NCBI GenBank assembly: GCA_951406725.2
Contig: OX597836.1
Location: 9,920,001-9,984,000, forward strand
Length of the DNA: 64,000 nucleotides
From: Octopus vulgaris
Taxonomy: Eukaryota
Direction of reading: 5' to 3'
How positions within the stretch are numbered: position 1 is the first letter of the stretch; every line of letters starts with the position of its first letter. This document shows, in pieces, positions 1 through 12,817 of the stretch. A program made the translations under genes and the position numbers. The notes under the pieces are model-generated. The model saw only the letters and a program-made list of their open reading frames with translations. It did no database searches and was not told the origin of the DNA.

Positions 1-496
1 AAACTAAAAGAAGACCATTGTATAGTTATACGTGTGCATGTGTCTTTGTGTTTGTCCGTCAGCACTGCTTGAAGACCAATGTTAGTTTATGTCTTTGAAA
101 CTTGGTGGTTCACCGGAAGAAAAAATGATGAAATAAATATATCATTCTCTAGCTCAAAAACAGAGACATCACAACATCAGCAAAATGAATTTGCACACAG
201 GAGAAAAGCATCTGAAAATTTCACTTAAAGAAAAAGAAGTCTTTGGGGGTCAAACAGTTCGACTAAAACTCTTCAAGGCAGTGCCACAGCCTTGCCACAG
301 TCCAATGACTGAAACAAGAGAGAATGGTATATTCTAAGACCAATTTTATAGAATATTTATAGCTAAAATATAGCAAGAAATTTAGGACATCTCTGAGTAT
401 TATGAAAATATATTGGTTCTGATTTATAACATACAAAGGCAGCACTGGAAAGAAAATTTAAAGGTTAGAAATACATCATTAATTATCTACGCATAG

Positions 497-518
497 ACAC
501 GCACATACATACATACAT

Positions 519-567
<49 letters not shown>

Positions 568-1072
568 TATATATATATCTACATATATATATACATACAC
601 ACACACATATATATATATCTACATATATATATACATACACACACACATATATATATATACATATATATATATACACACACACATATATATATATACATAT
701 ATATATATACACACACATATATATATCTACATATATATATATATACACACACATATATATATACATATATATACACACTCACACACATATATATATACAT
801 AATATACATATACACACACACACACATATATATATACATAACATACATATACATACACATATATATATACACATACACACATATAGATATATATATATAT
901 AAATATACATACAAGTATATACATACCACACATACCAGTACACATACATACAAGTATAGATATATACATACATATACACACACATATATGCATACAAGTA
1001 CAGACATATACATACATAAATACAGGCACTCTCACACATGCACACACACACTTTATACGCGCCTACATATAC

Positions 1073-1106
<34 letters not shown>
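497..1106. repeat. Compound (CA)n/(TA)n microsatellite tract
   Basis: Continuous CA/TA dinucleotide mosaic; source of the Y/I/C/V/M-rich pseudo-ORFs. Confidence 0.95.
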
Positions 1107-1593
1107 CAGAGCTTTACTGTTATCAGAGTAATATATCGTTACTAAGTCTAAGAAGCAGCCACAGATGCCAAACCAAAGAGAAGATAGCATATTCTAATGC
1201 AAGCCTAAGCTCCAAAAAGGCAGCAAGAATCAATGATATCGAACATTTTATTGATTCTTTACATTTCGTCTTATTCCACTTCCTTGCTATTTCTCATTCC
1301 TCCGTATCCCTCCACCAAACATGTGTTTGTACAACAACAACAACACGGCACCAGATTTGTCTGTCTCCAGTGACTGAGTTCACAAAAGCATTATAAACAG
1401 AATTCGAAAAAAAAAAAAAAAAAAAGAGAAAATAAAAAGGGAAAAACATGATAAAAAAAAATGGAAAAATAAAAAATAAAAAATACCCAGGTAGCAGGAA
1501 AGAAAAATACCTCAGAGAATGAAGACGGAAAAATAAATTAAATTAAAACTTGACAAGAAACTTCTAGAGAGATAGAAAGAAGAAAAGGGAGCC

Positions 1594-1632
<39 letters not shown>

Positions 1633-1893
1633 GGGAGACATTGATTAACCATTGGTTTGTGTTCAATTTAATATGCAAATATTTGTGGAAGTGGGAGGAA
1701 AGGAAATCTATTTATAGAAAATAGATAAATAATATAAAATTTTGAAAAAACCCCAACTTTTGTAATGAAATGTAGGAAATGGTTTAGCAGAAAGGAAGAT
1801 AATGGCTGGAAATTATTCAATAAAATTTTAAAATATATTCTGTAGGAGAGGAATATTAGATATTTTAGGCAATTTTCAGTAATTGTTCCGAAA

Positions 1894-1927
<34 letters not shown>

Positions 1928-2302
1928 CATACATACATATATACACATATATGCATACACACACATATACATACCAACATACATATACATACATACCTAC
2001 ATATATATATATATACATACATATATATACACACATACATACATACACATATATAAATGCATACATATATACATACATACATACATAAATACACATAAAT
2101 ACACACAAATTAATACACATATATATATATACACACACACACGCACACACATAAAGGGCTTCTTTCAGTTTCCGTCTACCAAATCCATTCACAAGGCTTT
2201 GGTCAATCTGAGGCTATAGCAGAAGACACTTGCCCAATGTGCCATGCAGTGGGACTGAACTTGGAACCATGTGGTTGGGAAGCAGACTTCTTACAATAGA
2301 AC

Positions 2303-2348
<46 letters not shown>

Positions 2349-2933
2349 TTAGAGTTGTGAGTTCAAATTCCACTGAGGTCCACTTTGTCTTTCATCCACT
2401 CAGGCCTAATAAAATAAGTACCAGTTGAATACAGGGGTCAATATAATCAACTTGTCCTCTCGTCTGAAAGTGCTGGCCTTGTGCCAAAATTACAAATCAT
2501 CGTTATTATTATTATTATTATTATCATTATTAATAAGGTGGCAAGCTGGTAGAATCATTAGCATGCCGGTAAAAAAGGTTCTGAGTTCAATTTCCACTGA
2601 GGTCAACTTTGCCTTTCATCCTTTTTGGGGTTGATAAAATAAAGTACCAATAATGCACTGGAATCGATGTAATCTATTTGCCCGCCTCCACCAAAAAAAA
2701 AAAAAAAAAAAAAAAATGACTGTCCTTGTGCCAAAATTTGAAACTATTATTACAAGTAGAAATAGCAAAAAAGATTGTTATTAATTATTATTCAAATTAT
2801 TATTCCACTGAGGTCGATGAACTCTTTTTCCCTTTCAGAGTCAATAAAATAAGAACCAGTCAAATACTAAAATCGATACAATCAACTGCCCCCTCCCCTC
2901 AAAAACTGCTGACCCAGTGCCAAAATTTAAAAC

Positions 2934-2966
<33 letters not shown>

Positions 2967-2968
2967 TA

Positions 2969-3364
2969 CTAGCAGTATAGCCCAGCGATGCTCAAGCTTG
3001 TTTTTTTTTGACTCTTTAGAATTGGAATGTTTGTAAAGTAAAAATTTTGCATTATGTAGCTTGTTATTCTCTTTAAGTGAACATTTTCTTGGTTGAAATA
3101 CACCAAAAAATGGTGACACAGCAGTCAAAAAATCGTAAAAGATAGGGATTTTCATAGAAAAAAGCACCTTTTTGATGTAAATAATTTTTGGAGTTAACAT
3201 GGTCCAATTTGAATTTTTTCTTCTACGGAAGGAAGAGCAAGCCTTCTTCTATCATACTCTCAATTTTGGTCAACTTGTGCTGCAGGGTCTCGGAGGATAT
3301 AGTGTTAGGTGAAGGCTACCAAACCTGTCACACACAGACAGATTCAGCTTTACACATATAGAGA
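2969..3364 (-). mobile_element. Non-autonomous Helitron-like element (copy 1)
   Basis: Reverse complement of 11413-11804. Minus strand starts TC (TCTCTATATGTGTAAAGCTGAA) and ends CTAG after a subterminal GC-rich hairpin; inserted between A and T with no TSD. Confidence 0.75.
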
Positions 3365-3370
3365 TTATTA

Positions 3371-4035
3371 TAGATGTCGCACAGTATACAGTATATCGTG
3401 AGGTTGTTGATTAAAGGTATTGTGTCTACCTTTAAGGCGGCAAGCTGGTAGAAACGTTAGCACGCCGGGCGAAATGTGTAGCTGTATTTCATCTGCCGTT
3501 ACGTTCTGAGTTCAAATTCCACCGAGGTCGACTTTGCCTTTCAACCTTTCGGGGTCGATAAATTAAGTACCAGTTACGCACTGGGTCGATGTAATCGACT
3601 TAATCCGTTTGTCTATCCTTGTTTGTCCCCTCTATGTTTAGCCCCTTGTGGGCAGTAAAGAAATAGGTATTGTGTCTACCGGGGGTTTGTACTATTTGTT
3701 AAGTCACAACAGTGCTTTACGCAATATGTGTGCAGTTCCAAGTAATGCCGACTTTTGCAATACATAGAGATTGTAGGGTATCTCTAAAGTTTTCGGTTTT
3801 TCTTCAGATTGGTTGGTATTGAACCCAATGTTCCGATGATAATAGGGATAACCTTTGTGTTCGATTCTCGTAGCTGCCACATCTTAGCGATCTCAATTCT
3901 CAGGTCTCCATATTTATCAACATTTTCTCTTTCTTTCATGATGGTATGTTGATCTCCTGGCACTGCTACGTCGATTCTTGGGCATTCTTGTTTGTCCCTC
4001 CTGAAGGTTACCATATCCGGCCTTCGGTGTAGGTG
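3371..4035 (-). mobile_element. 3' fragment of an R4/Dong-clade non-LTR retrotransposon (REL endonuclease C-terminus and 3' UTR)
   Basis: Minus-strand translation RRPDMV..IDVAVPGD..KERENVDKYGDL..W..VIPIIIGTLG, then after a frameshift LQKSALLGTAHILRKAL*. This matches the RPD..D restriction-like endonuclease of R4/Dong. The 3' UTR is interrupted by a SINE at 3435-3664. Confidence 0.8.
3435..3664 (+). mobile_element. tRNA-derived SINE family B, full copy with TSD
   Basis: GGCGGC..TGG head, B-box-like GAGTTCAAATTCC and conserved body GCCTTTCA..TTCGGGGTCGATAAATTAAGTACCAG (resembles the Meta/MESC domain, from memory). Direct repeat AGGTATTGTGTCTACC at 3415-3430 and 3665-3680. Confidence 0.85.
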
Positions 4036-4220
4036 AAGAAGAAGAAGAAGAGGAAGAAGAAGAAGAAGTAGAGGAGGAAGAAGAAGAAGAAGTAGAGGAG
4101 GAGGAGGAGGAAGAAGTAGAAGAAGAAGAAGAGGAAGAAGAGGAGGAGGAAGAAGAATAAGAATAAGAATTGAAGAAGAAGAAGAAGAATTGAAGAAGAA
4201 TTGGAAGAAGAAGAAGAAGA
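4034..4220. repeat. (GAA/GAG)n purine triplet repeat
   Basis: Directly visible. Confidence 0.95.
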
Positions 4221-4789
4221 ATGATTTTTATGATTATTATTCAAATTCTGCCAAGTTCAAGTTTGCCTTTCTTTGATAAAACAAGTACCAGTTAAACACT
4301 GGGGGTCAATATAATTGACTTGAGCCCTCTCCTGAAATTACTGGCCTTGTGCCAAAATTTGAAATCATTATTATTATTATTACTATTATTATTATTAATA
4401 TCATCATCATCATCTTCCATTGACTCAGTTCTCCTAAACAGGTGAACGATCTAGAAAAACCAATGCAAACAACATTCAATGACAATTTGCATAAAAGATC
4501 TAAAATGTTTTCCTCACCAAACATCACATCATGAATAACTATGGATTACATCATTCGTGGAGTACTATGCGCGTGTGCACACACCAACACACACGTGTGT
4601 GTGTATGCACAGGCAACAGTAACAGACAACATGCCACCCACCGTTTTAACAGGAATATTTCAACTGAAAAACTATACGGATGATCAAACGGAATAACAAC
4701 CGAGATGTCATTCTACTTTGGCTCACTGAGATTTCCTTTTTCCCTACACGCTGTTGTCGTGTCTCTAACAAGTGTTTTCCTATAATTAT

Positions 4790-5691
4790 ACACACACACA
4801 CACACACACACATACATACACACACATATATATATATATAGATATATATAGATACACACACATATATATATATAGATATATATATAGATACATACACATA
4901 CATATATATAGATATATATATATAGATACACATATATATATATATATATATATATAAAACACACATACATACATATATACATATATGTGTATGCACACAC
5001 ACACACATATATATATATATACACACACACACACATATTTACATTATATACACATACACATTTACATTTATTATATACAAAAATACACACATATTTACAT
5101 TATATATATATTTATATACATATTTACATATATATATATATATATACACATACATGATATATATATATATACACATACATACATATTTATATATACACAT
5201 ACACACATATTTACATATATATACACACATACACACATATTTACATATATATATATACACACATACATACATATTTACATATATATATATACACACATAC
5301 ATACATATTTACATATATATATATACACACACATACATACATATTTACATATATATATATATACACACATACATACATATTTACATATATATATACACAC
5401 ATGCATATTTACATATATATATACACACATACATATTTACATATATATATACACATACATGCATATTTACATATATATATACACACATACATATTTACAT
5501 ATATATATACACACATACATATTTACATATATATATACACACATACATATTTACATATATATATACACACATACATATTTACATATATATATACACACAT
5601 ACATATTTACATATATATATACACACATACATATTTACATATATATATACACACATACATATTTACATATATATATACACACATACATATT

Positions 5692-5740
<49 letters not shown>

Positions 5741-5790
5741 ATATTTACATATATATATATATATACACATACATACATATTTATATATAT
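4790..5790. repeat. CA/TA microsatellite with a ~28-bp minisatellite (CACACATACATATTTACATATATATATA)
   Basis: Unit repeated many times over ~5180-5760. Confidence 0.9.
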
Positions 5791-6088
5791 AGGGAGAATT
5801 CACGAAAAAAACAATAGACGAAAACAGGTGGTGTAGAAAACAAACAGATGTATTAGTATAACGCTTGGGAATTGAAAAAAGTCTTTTACATTTCGAGCCT
5901 ATGCTCTTCCACAGAAAGGAACACAGAAATTAAATTCTGTATTAATTTTGAATTACATAAAATACACACTGACCAGCCCTCTTATTTTTCTCCTATGTGA
6001 ATATCTTATAAATGTTATAGACAGGTTTATCGTCTCCTTTAGAAGCAAAAGAAATGAAGCCTCAAACGATTCCTCGGTTACTTCCCCT

Positions 6089-6305
6089 CTCTTTTACTCT
6101 TTTACTTGTTTCAGTCATTTGACTGCGGCCATGCTGGAGCACCGCCTTTAGTCGAGCAAATCGACTCCGGGACTTATTCTTTTTGTAAGCCCAGTACTTA
6201 TTCTATCGGTCTCTTTTGCTGAACCGCTAAGTGACGGGGACGTAAACACACCAGCATCGGTTGTCAAGCAATGCTAGGGGGACAAACACAGACACACAAA
6301 CACAT

Positions 6306-6336
<31 letters not shown>

Positions 6337-6499
6337 CGACAGGCTTCTTTCAGTTTCCGTCTACCAAATCCACTCACAAGGCATTGGTCGGCCCGGGGCT
6401 AGAGCAGAAGACACTTGCCCAAGATGCCACGCAGTGGGACTGAACCCGGAACCATGTGGTTGGTTAGCAAGCTACTTACCACACAGCCACTCCTGCGCC
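6089..6499 (-). mobile_element. tRNA-derived SINE family A (CORE-like), full copy
   Basis: Sense strand has A-box TGGCTGTGTGG, B-box GGTTCAGTCCC, CORE-like TTGGGCAAGTGTCTTC, an internal (TA)n(TG)n tract and an (AGTAAAAG)n tail. More than 20 related copies in the window. Confidence 0.9.
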
Positions 6500-6841
6500 T
6501 ATGTATAAAATATTAAAAAAAAAAACAAAAAAAAACAATATGTAAAAAATAAACAGCAGAATTTATTGTTGAACAACCTGATTTTCAGAATGATTACCTA
6601 AGACAAATAAAAAATAAAGAGAGTGTGGGGGAGAGACTAACTCTAGAACCTGCAATAGTTTTCGACATAAAAGACGATATTAAAATGGAAAGCAATTATT
6701 AAGAATATATATATTTATATATATATACATATAAAATGAATAAATAATAATAATAATAAATAAAATACTGTCAACTGCGGTAATGTCATTTAACTCATAA
6801 AACTGTCTGTTTATATGTATGTTTGTGTGTATTTATCTATG

Positions 6842-6883
<42 letters not shown>

Positions 6884-7027
6884 CATACACGCATAAATAT
6901 ATGTACATATACCTATCAAAGTGTGTATGTGTTCCTATATTACATACACACGTTTCATTCCACTTTCTAGACAATTTTAGCGAAAAGCAATCAGTGTAGT
7001 TTTTTCCAAAAAGTTTCTAACTAAAAG

Positions 7028-7078
<51 letters not shown>

Positions 7079-7391
7079 ACACATATATTTACAAGACATG
7101 GATAAATGAGACAGAATTAAAATCAATACAAGTCAAAATAAGTGAAGGAATTACACATACATACACACATACACAAACTAAAGACAGATGTACACACTAC
7201 TCCAAACTGGTTTTCATGCTCAGACATATGTATACATATATCATCATCGTTTAACGTCCATTTTCCATGCTGGCATGGGTTGAACATATATATATATATA
7301 TGTGTGTGTGTGTGACATGAAGGTTGTTATCTATCATGAAATGTTAAACTAAAATGAAAGAGTTAATGCAGGGAAATGTTGTCTTTAATTA

Positions 7392-7760
7392 GAATGTGAA
7401 GACGCAGGCTGGAAAGCGGAACATTTTCCTATCGAAGTCGGATGTAGAGAGTTTGTTGGACACAGCGTGAGACGACTGTTATTATCACTAGGCCTAACTC
7501 ATCGTAAAGTTAATACCACCATGACTGATATCCAATCTACAGTGGAGAAGGCTAGCCACTGGATTTGGTTAAAAAGAGACGATGAGCGATGGCTAGAAGT
7601 ATATTGAATTTAACTTCATAACCAGCTGATCTAGCAAGCGGAGCCTCATATCAGTGAGGGGGCCGGTGGGCATTGATGCCGTCGAGTGGTAGGCCCCGAA
7701 ACGGCGCGCATTCTCTCATGATGACCCCATACACTTGCTAGCTTCCGGTATACGGAGCTT
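7392..7760 (+). mobile_element. 3' fragment of a HERO-clade (R2-group) non-LTR retrotransposon
   Basis: 7392-7607 translates without stops to ECEDAGWKAEHFPIEVGCREFVGHSVRRLLLSLGL..VEKASHWIWLKRDDERW..*, matching the HERO C-terminal pattern GW..P(V/I)EVGCRGF..AS.W(L/I)W.KR. A GC-rich 3' UTR follows. Missing from the ORF track, probably because there is no early in-frame start. Confidence 0.8.
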
Positions 7761-8622
7761 TTAACTGGTAGCACTTGCATGTGCAAGTTGTTTGCAAGAC
7801 ATTTTTGCAGAAAAAGCACCCAACAGTGGTCATTCCCATTGCCCATGTCACTCAGGAAACTGGCCCTTACGAGCCAAGCATGGCTCAAGAAGAAACAAAC
7901 AACAACATATATATGTGTGTGTGTGTGTGAGTGTGTGTGTGGGGGGGAGCTGGTAGAATTATTAGCACACCAGGCAAAATGCTTTGCGACATTTTGTCTG
8001 CCTTCCCGTTCTGAGTTCAAACCCTGCTGAGGCCGACTTTGCCTTTCATCATTTTGGTGTCAATAAAACAAGTACCAGTCAAGCATTGGGGTCAAGGTAA
8101 TAGATATAAACCCCTTACATTAAAAATTGATAGCTTTATACAAAAATTTGAAATCAATTTGCACGTGTGTGTGCATGCACGTGTGTGTGTGTGTGTGCAC
8201 GCACATGTCTGTACGTGAAAATGTAGTAACGTTATTTTAGAAAAAAATAAAATACTATTTTTAAAGATATTATCTACTTTACACATAGTTAACATATCAG
8301 CTACTTCGACTTTGTACGACTTCATCTGTGTCAAGCTGTTGCTACATTGTCAACCAAAGACCTAAAAATACTTTCTTATAATAGATTTTTTTAATCTCTG
8401 TGAGTGCCTTGGGTGGAGAGCTAAGTCAGAGATTCAAGTTTGATTCTCGTTTGAGTCATTTCATATTTACTCCTCGTATACATAATTCCCTCGTGAACCT
8501 TGGAAATGGACAGGTTAGCAGATTAAATCAGTGTTTCTCAACACCCTTTTTTTACCTATGATTTTACCCCTTTTTACTCCTTTGATTCCTAAGATTACAC
8601 ACACGGCAGGCTTCTTTCAGTT

Positions 8623-9043
8623 TCTTATTTCTTTACTACCCACAAGGGGCTAAACATAGAGGGGACAAACAAGGACAGACAAAGGGATTAAGCCGATTAG
8701 ATCGACCCCCAGTGCGTAACTGGTACTTAATTTATCGACCCCGAAAGGATGAAAGGCAAAGTCAACCTCGGCGGAATTTGAACTCAGAACGTAACAGCAG
8801 ATGAAATACTTATTTCTTTACTACCCACAAGGGGCTAAACACAGAGGGGACAAACAAGGACAGACAAACGGATTAAGCCGATTAGATTGACACCCAGTGC
8901 GTAACTGGTACTTAATTTATTGACCCCGAAAGGATGAAAGGCAATGTCGACCTCGGCAGAATTTGAACTCAGAACATAACAGCAGACAAAATACTGCTAA
9001 GCATTTCACTCAGCGTGCTTACATTTCTGCCAGCTCGCCGCCT
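8623..9043 (-). mobile_element. SINE family B head-to-tail dimer
   Basis: One head plus two bodies; minus-strand junction AAAGAAATAA|GTATTTCATCTG; flanked by the direct repeat CTTTCAGTTTC. Confidence 0.85.
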
Positions 9044-9393
9044 TTCAGTTTCCACACACACTTATACACTCACCTTCATTTTGGGATCACCAGTACTTTA
9101 TCATCTCCCCTTCTTCCTAGCTCTCCTGTCAAACTATTTTTTCCCAACCAGTTGCCATGATTAATCACTAAAATCTTTCTATTATAGGCACAAGACTTTA
9201 AATTTTGTGGGGAGGGGCTAGTCGATTACATCAACCCTAGTATTCAACTGGTACTTTATAGATCTTGAAAGGATGAAAGGCAAAGTTGAGCTGGGCAGGA
9301 TTTGAACTCAGAATATGAAGAATTGGAAGAAATGCTGCAGAGTAGTTTGTCTGTTGAGTGCTAACAATTCTGCCAGCTTGCGGCATTTAATGG

Positions 9394-9713
9394 TTTCAAA
9401 TTTGGCACAGGGCCAGCAGTTTTTGAGGGTAGGTAGTGTTCAGCTCCATTGACCCCATTTCAGATTTGGCACAGGGCCAGTAGTTTTTGAGGGTAGGTGG
9501 TGTTCAGCTCCATTGACCCTATTTCAGATTTGGCATAGGGCCAGCAGTTTTGGAGGGTAGGGGATGTTCAGCTCCATTGACCCCATTTCAAATTTGGCAC
9601 AGGGCCAGCAGTTTTTGAGGGTAGGGGTGTTCAGTTCCATTGACCCCATTTCAAATTTGGCACAGGGCCAGCAGTTTTTGAGGGTAGGGGAGTGTTCAGT
9701 TCCATTGACTCCA
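9394..9713. repeat. Minisatellite, 5 x 63-64 bp, derived from a SINE-B tail
   Basis: Units start near 9394, 9458, 9522, 9586 and 9649 (TTTCARATTTGGCACAGGGCCAGCAGTTTTTGAGGGTAGG..CATTGACCCCA) and continue into a minus-strand SINE-B body to ~9860. Confidence 0.9.
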
Positions 9714-10427
9714 ATATTTGACTAATACTTATTTTATTGACCCTAAAAAGATAAAAGGCAAAGTTGACCTCAGCAGAATTTGAACCCAGAACGTAAAAAC
9801 AGACAAAATGCCACTAAGCATTTTGTTCAGCATGCTAATGATTCTGCCACTTCATTACCTTAATGAGAGCAAGACCCCAAAAAGCAAACATGATACAAGT
9901 GTGGTCAACCTTATAAAAGTTAACTTGGAAAATTTAATGGGAATACTTAAAGAAAAATGGTAAATTTAAACAAAGAATTAATCTGAAATTATTGCTCTTG
10001 AGAAAATTCTAATTCAAATATGGGAAGCTATTTCATTTAGCATTAACAATATTTGGTGAATCTATAAAAGACATGTCTGCTAGATGAGGTAAACATGGAA
10101 TTAATGGTAGAAGGAAGAAATTCCTGCTGATAAGAACAAATTTATATAAAATGGAAGCAGAAAATTCTAAGTGTTGCTTTCGTATAATGGTTAGAACATT
10201 TCATGTTCACAGAAATTCTGTTTTTTTTTTTTTTTTTATTCTTTCCTTAAAATACAACTTTCTCCAAATTTTTGATCTTTAAATGACTGGTTCTAGTGAA
10301 AAATGATATGAACTGTTTAAAAATTTGACTAAAAAGACATTGAAAGTCTTCAGATAATGGAAAAATTGTATTGATTTTCTTTGATATTAAGACATTTGGT
10401 AAAATTTTATAGTCGTTTATCATGTAC

Positions 10428-10489
10428 CTGACATCATAAATTTTCAATTCAATATGGCGGATGTATTTGAGGACCGAGGAAGGAAAAAT
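10428..10489 (-). CDS. Candidate internal exon of an unidentified minus-strand gene (62 nt)
   Basis: Minus strand: branch-like TTCTAAT, acceptor TATTCAG|, donor CAG|GTACAT. Only phase 0 is open (IFPSSVLKYIRHIELKIYDV). No homology recognised. Confidence 0.25.
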
Positions 10490-10759
10490 CTGAATAATTA
10501 CATTAGAAAATCGCTGAGCTTATCAAAGAAAGAATATAACAACAAAATAATAATAATAACAATGTTAGGGAATAGCTAAAAATTAATGTTAAAATTATTC
10601 ATAAAAGAATTCACAGTGAATTATCAATAATCAGTAAAGAAAGTGAATTCTCTTTTTTTCTTTTCTTTCCCTTCTTTCAGTCATTAGACTATGGCCATGC
10701 TGGAGCACTTGACAGATTAAATTGAGCAATTTGACTCCAGTACTTATTTTTTTTTATGT

Positions 10760-11191
10760 CTCTTTTACTCTTTTACTCGTTTCAGTCATTTGGCTGTGGC
10801 CATGCTGGAGCACCGCCTTGAGTCGAGCAAATCGACGCCAGGACTTATTTTTTGTAAGCCTAGTACTTATTCTCATCGGTCTCATTTGCTGAACTGCTAA
10901 GTTACAAGGATGTAAACACACCACCAATCGGTTGTCAAGCAATGTTGGTGGGGGGGGGGGAACAAACACACACACACAAACATATACACACACATACATA
11001 CATACATATACATATATATATATATATATGACGGGCTTCTTTCAGTTTCCGTCTACCAAATCCACTCACAAGGCTTTGGTCGGCCCAAGGTTATAGTAGA
11101 AGACACTTGCCCAAGGTGCCACGCAGTGGGACTGAACCTGGAACCATGTGATTGGTAAGCAAGCTACTTACCACACAGCCACTCCTACGCC
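10760..11191 (-). mobile_element. SINE family A, full copy nested in an older SINE-A
   Basis: Same consensus as 6089-6499; flanks at ~10670-10755 and ~11192-11226 are pieces of a diverged SINE-A. Confidence 0.88.
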
Positions 11192-11412
11192 TGGTAGAAC
11201 TTATTCTACCAGTCTCTTTTGCTGAAATTTGAGGAGGGGGATAGTCGATTACATCGATCCCAGTACTCAACTGGTACTTAATTATTGACCCCTGAAAGGA
11301 TGAAAGGTAAAGTCGACCTCAGCGGAATTTGAACTAAGAACGTAGCGATGGGTGAAATATCACTAAGCATTGCGTCCAGAGTGCTAATGATTCTGCCAGC
11401 TTGCCGCCTTAA

Positions 11413-11804
11413 TCTCTCTATATATAAAGCTGAAGTTGTCTGTGTATGGCAGGTTTGGTAGCCTTCAACTAACACTATCTCCTCCGAGACCCTGTGGCAC
11501 AAGTTGACCAAAATGGAGAGTATGATAGAAGAAGGCTTGCTCTTCATTCCATAGAAGATAAAATTCAAATAGGACCATGTTAACACCAAAATTATTTACA
11601 TCAAAAAGGTGCTTTTTTTCTATGAAAATCCCAATTTTTTACGATTTTTTTGACTGCTGTGTTGCCATTTTTCAGTGTATTTCAACCAGAAAAATGTTCA
11701 CTTGAAGAGAATAACAAGCTACATAAAGGAAAATTTTTACTTTTCAAAAATTCCAATCCTAAAAGGTCGAAACAAACCCAAGCAACGCCAGGCGATACTG
11801 CTAG
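11413..11804 (+). mobile_element. Non-autonomous Helitron-like element (copy 2)
   Basis: 5' end A|TCTCTCTATATATAAAG; subterminal hairpin CCCAAGCAACGCCAGG; 3' end CTAG|T; no TSD; homologous to 2969-3364. Confidence 0.78.
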
Positions 11805-12392
11805 TAATATAATGATTGTTTCCAGAAAGTGGCAAGCTGGCGGAATTATTAGCCTGCTGGGTAAAATGCTTAGTGGCATTCCGTCCGTCCTTACGTTCTG
11901 AGTTCAAATTCAGCTGAAGTCAACATTGCTTTGCATCCTTTCAGGATCAATAAAATAAGTACCAGTTGAATACTGGGGTTGATATAATTACCTAGACCAC
12001 CTCACCTGTAATTGCTGGCCTACAATGTCATCCTACAAAAATACATAATATAATTCATGTTTAACGTTGTGAATGAATAAGTGTTGCATTTGACAGAGCA
12101 ATTTGAAAGCTAAAGGGTTAACGATTCTGCCAGGTTGTAACCAATTAACTCAAGCAACAAAAACCCGAGCAACGCCGGGCAATACTGCTAGTAATAATAA
12201 TAACAATGATAATGATGATAATAACAATTATGGTAATGATAACATTTTTCAAAAGAAAAACAAAAAAAATGCAGATAAAAATGCAAAATAAAGTGATTGC
12301 TTTTGTTGAAGTTAATGTCATGAGAAAATAAAGGTCAATGAGTTGTTTTTCACTTAGTAAATGACATAAAACTAAAAAGTAAACAAGATTTA

Positions 12393-12817
12393 TTTACTCT
12401 TTTACTCTTTTACTTGTTTCAGTCATTTGACTGTGGCCATGCTGGAGCACCGCCTTTAGTCGAGCAAATCGACCCCAGGACTTATTCTTTGTAAGCCCAG
12501 TACTTATTCTATCGGTCTCTTTTGCCGAACCGCTAAGTGACGGGGACGTAAACACACCAGAATTGGTTGTCAAGCAATGCTAGGGGGACAAACACAGACA
12601 CACACACACACACAAACACACACACGTATATATATATATATATGTACATATATACGACAGGCTTCTTTCAGTTTCCGTCTACCAAATCCACTCACAAGGC
12701 ATTGGCCGGCCCGAGGCTATAGCAGAAGACACTTGCCCAAGATGCCACGCAGTGGGACTGAACCCGGAACCATGTGGGTGGTAAGCAAGCTACTTACCAC
12801 ACAGCCACTCCTGCGCC
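12393..12817 (-). mobile_element. SINE family A, full copy
   Basis: Matches the family A consensus, including A/B boxes and tail. Confidence 0.9.

Noticed and set aside
479-5836. Long ORFs rich in Y/I/H/T/C/V/M (also at 24, 47-52, 57 and 62 kb)
   Set aside because: Translations of CA/TA/GATA microsatellites, which lack stop codons in several frames.
10454-10580. Plus-strand ATGGCGG start (MADVFEDRG..)
   Set aside because: Runs into AAT repeats and stops within ~41 codons, with no donor site.
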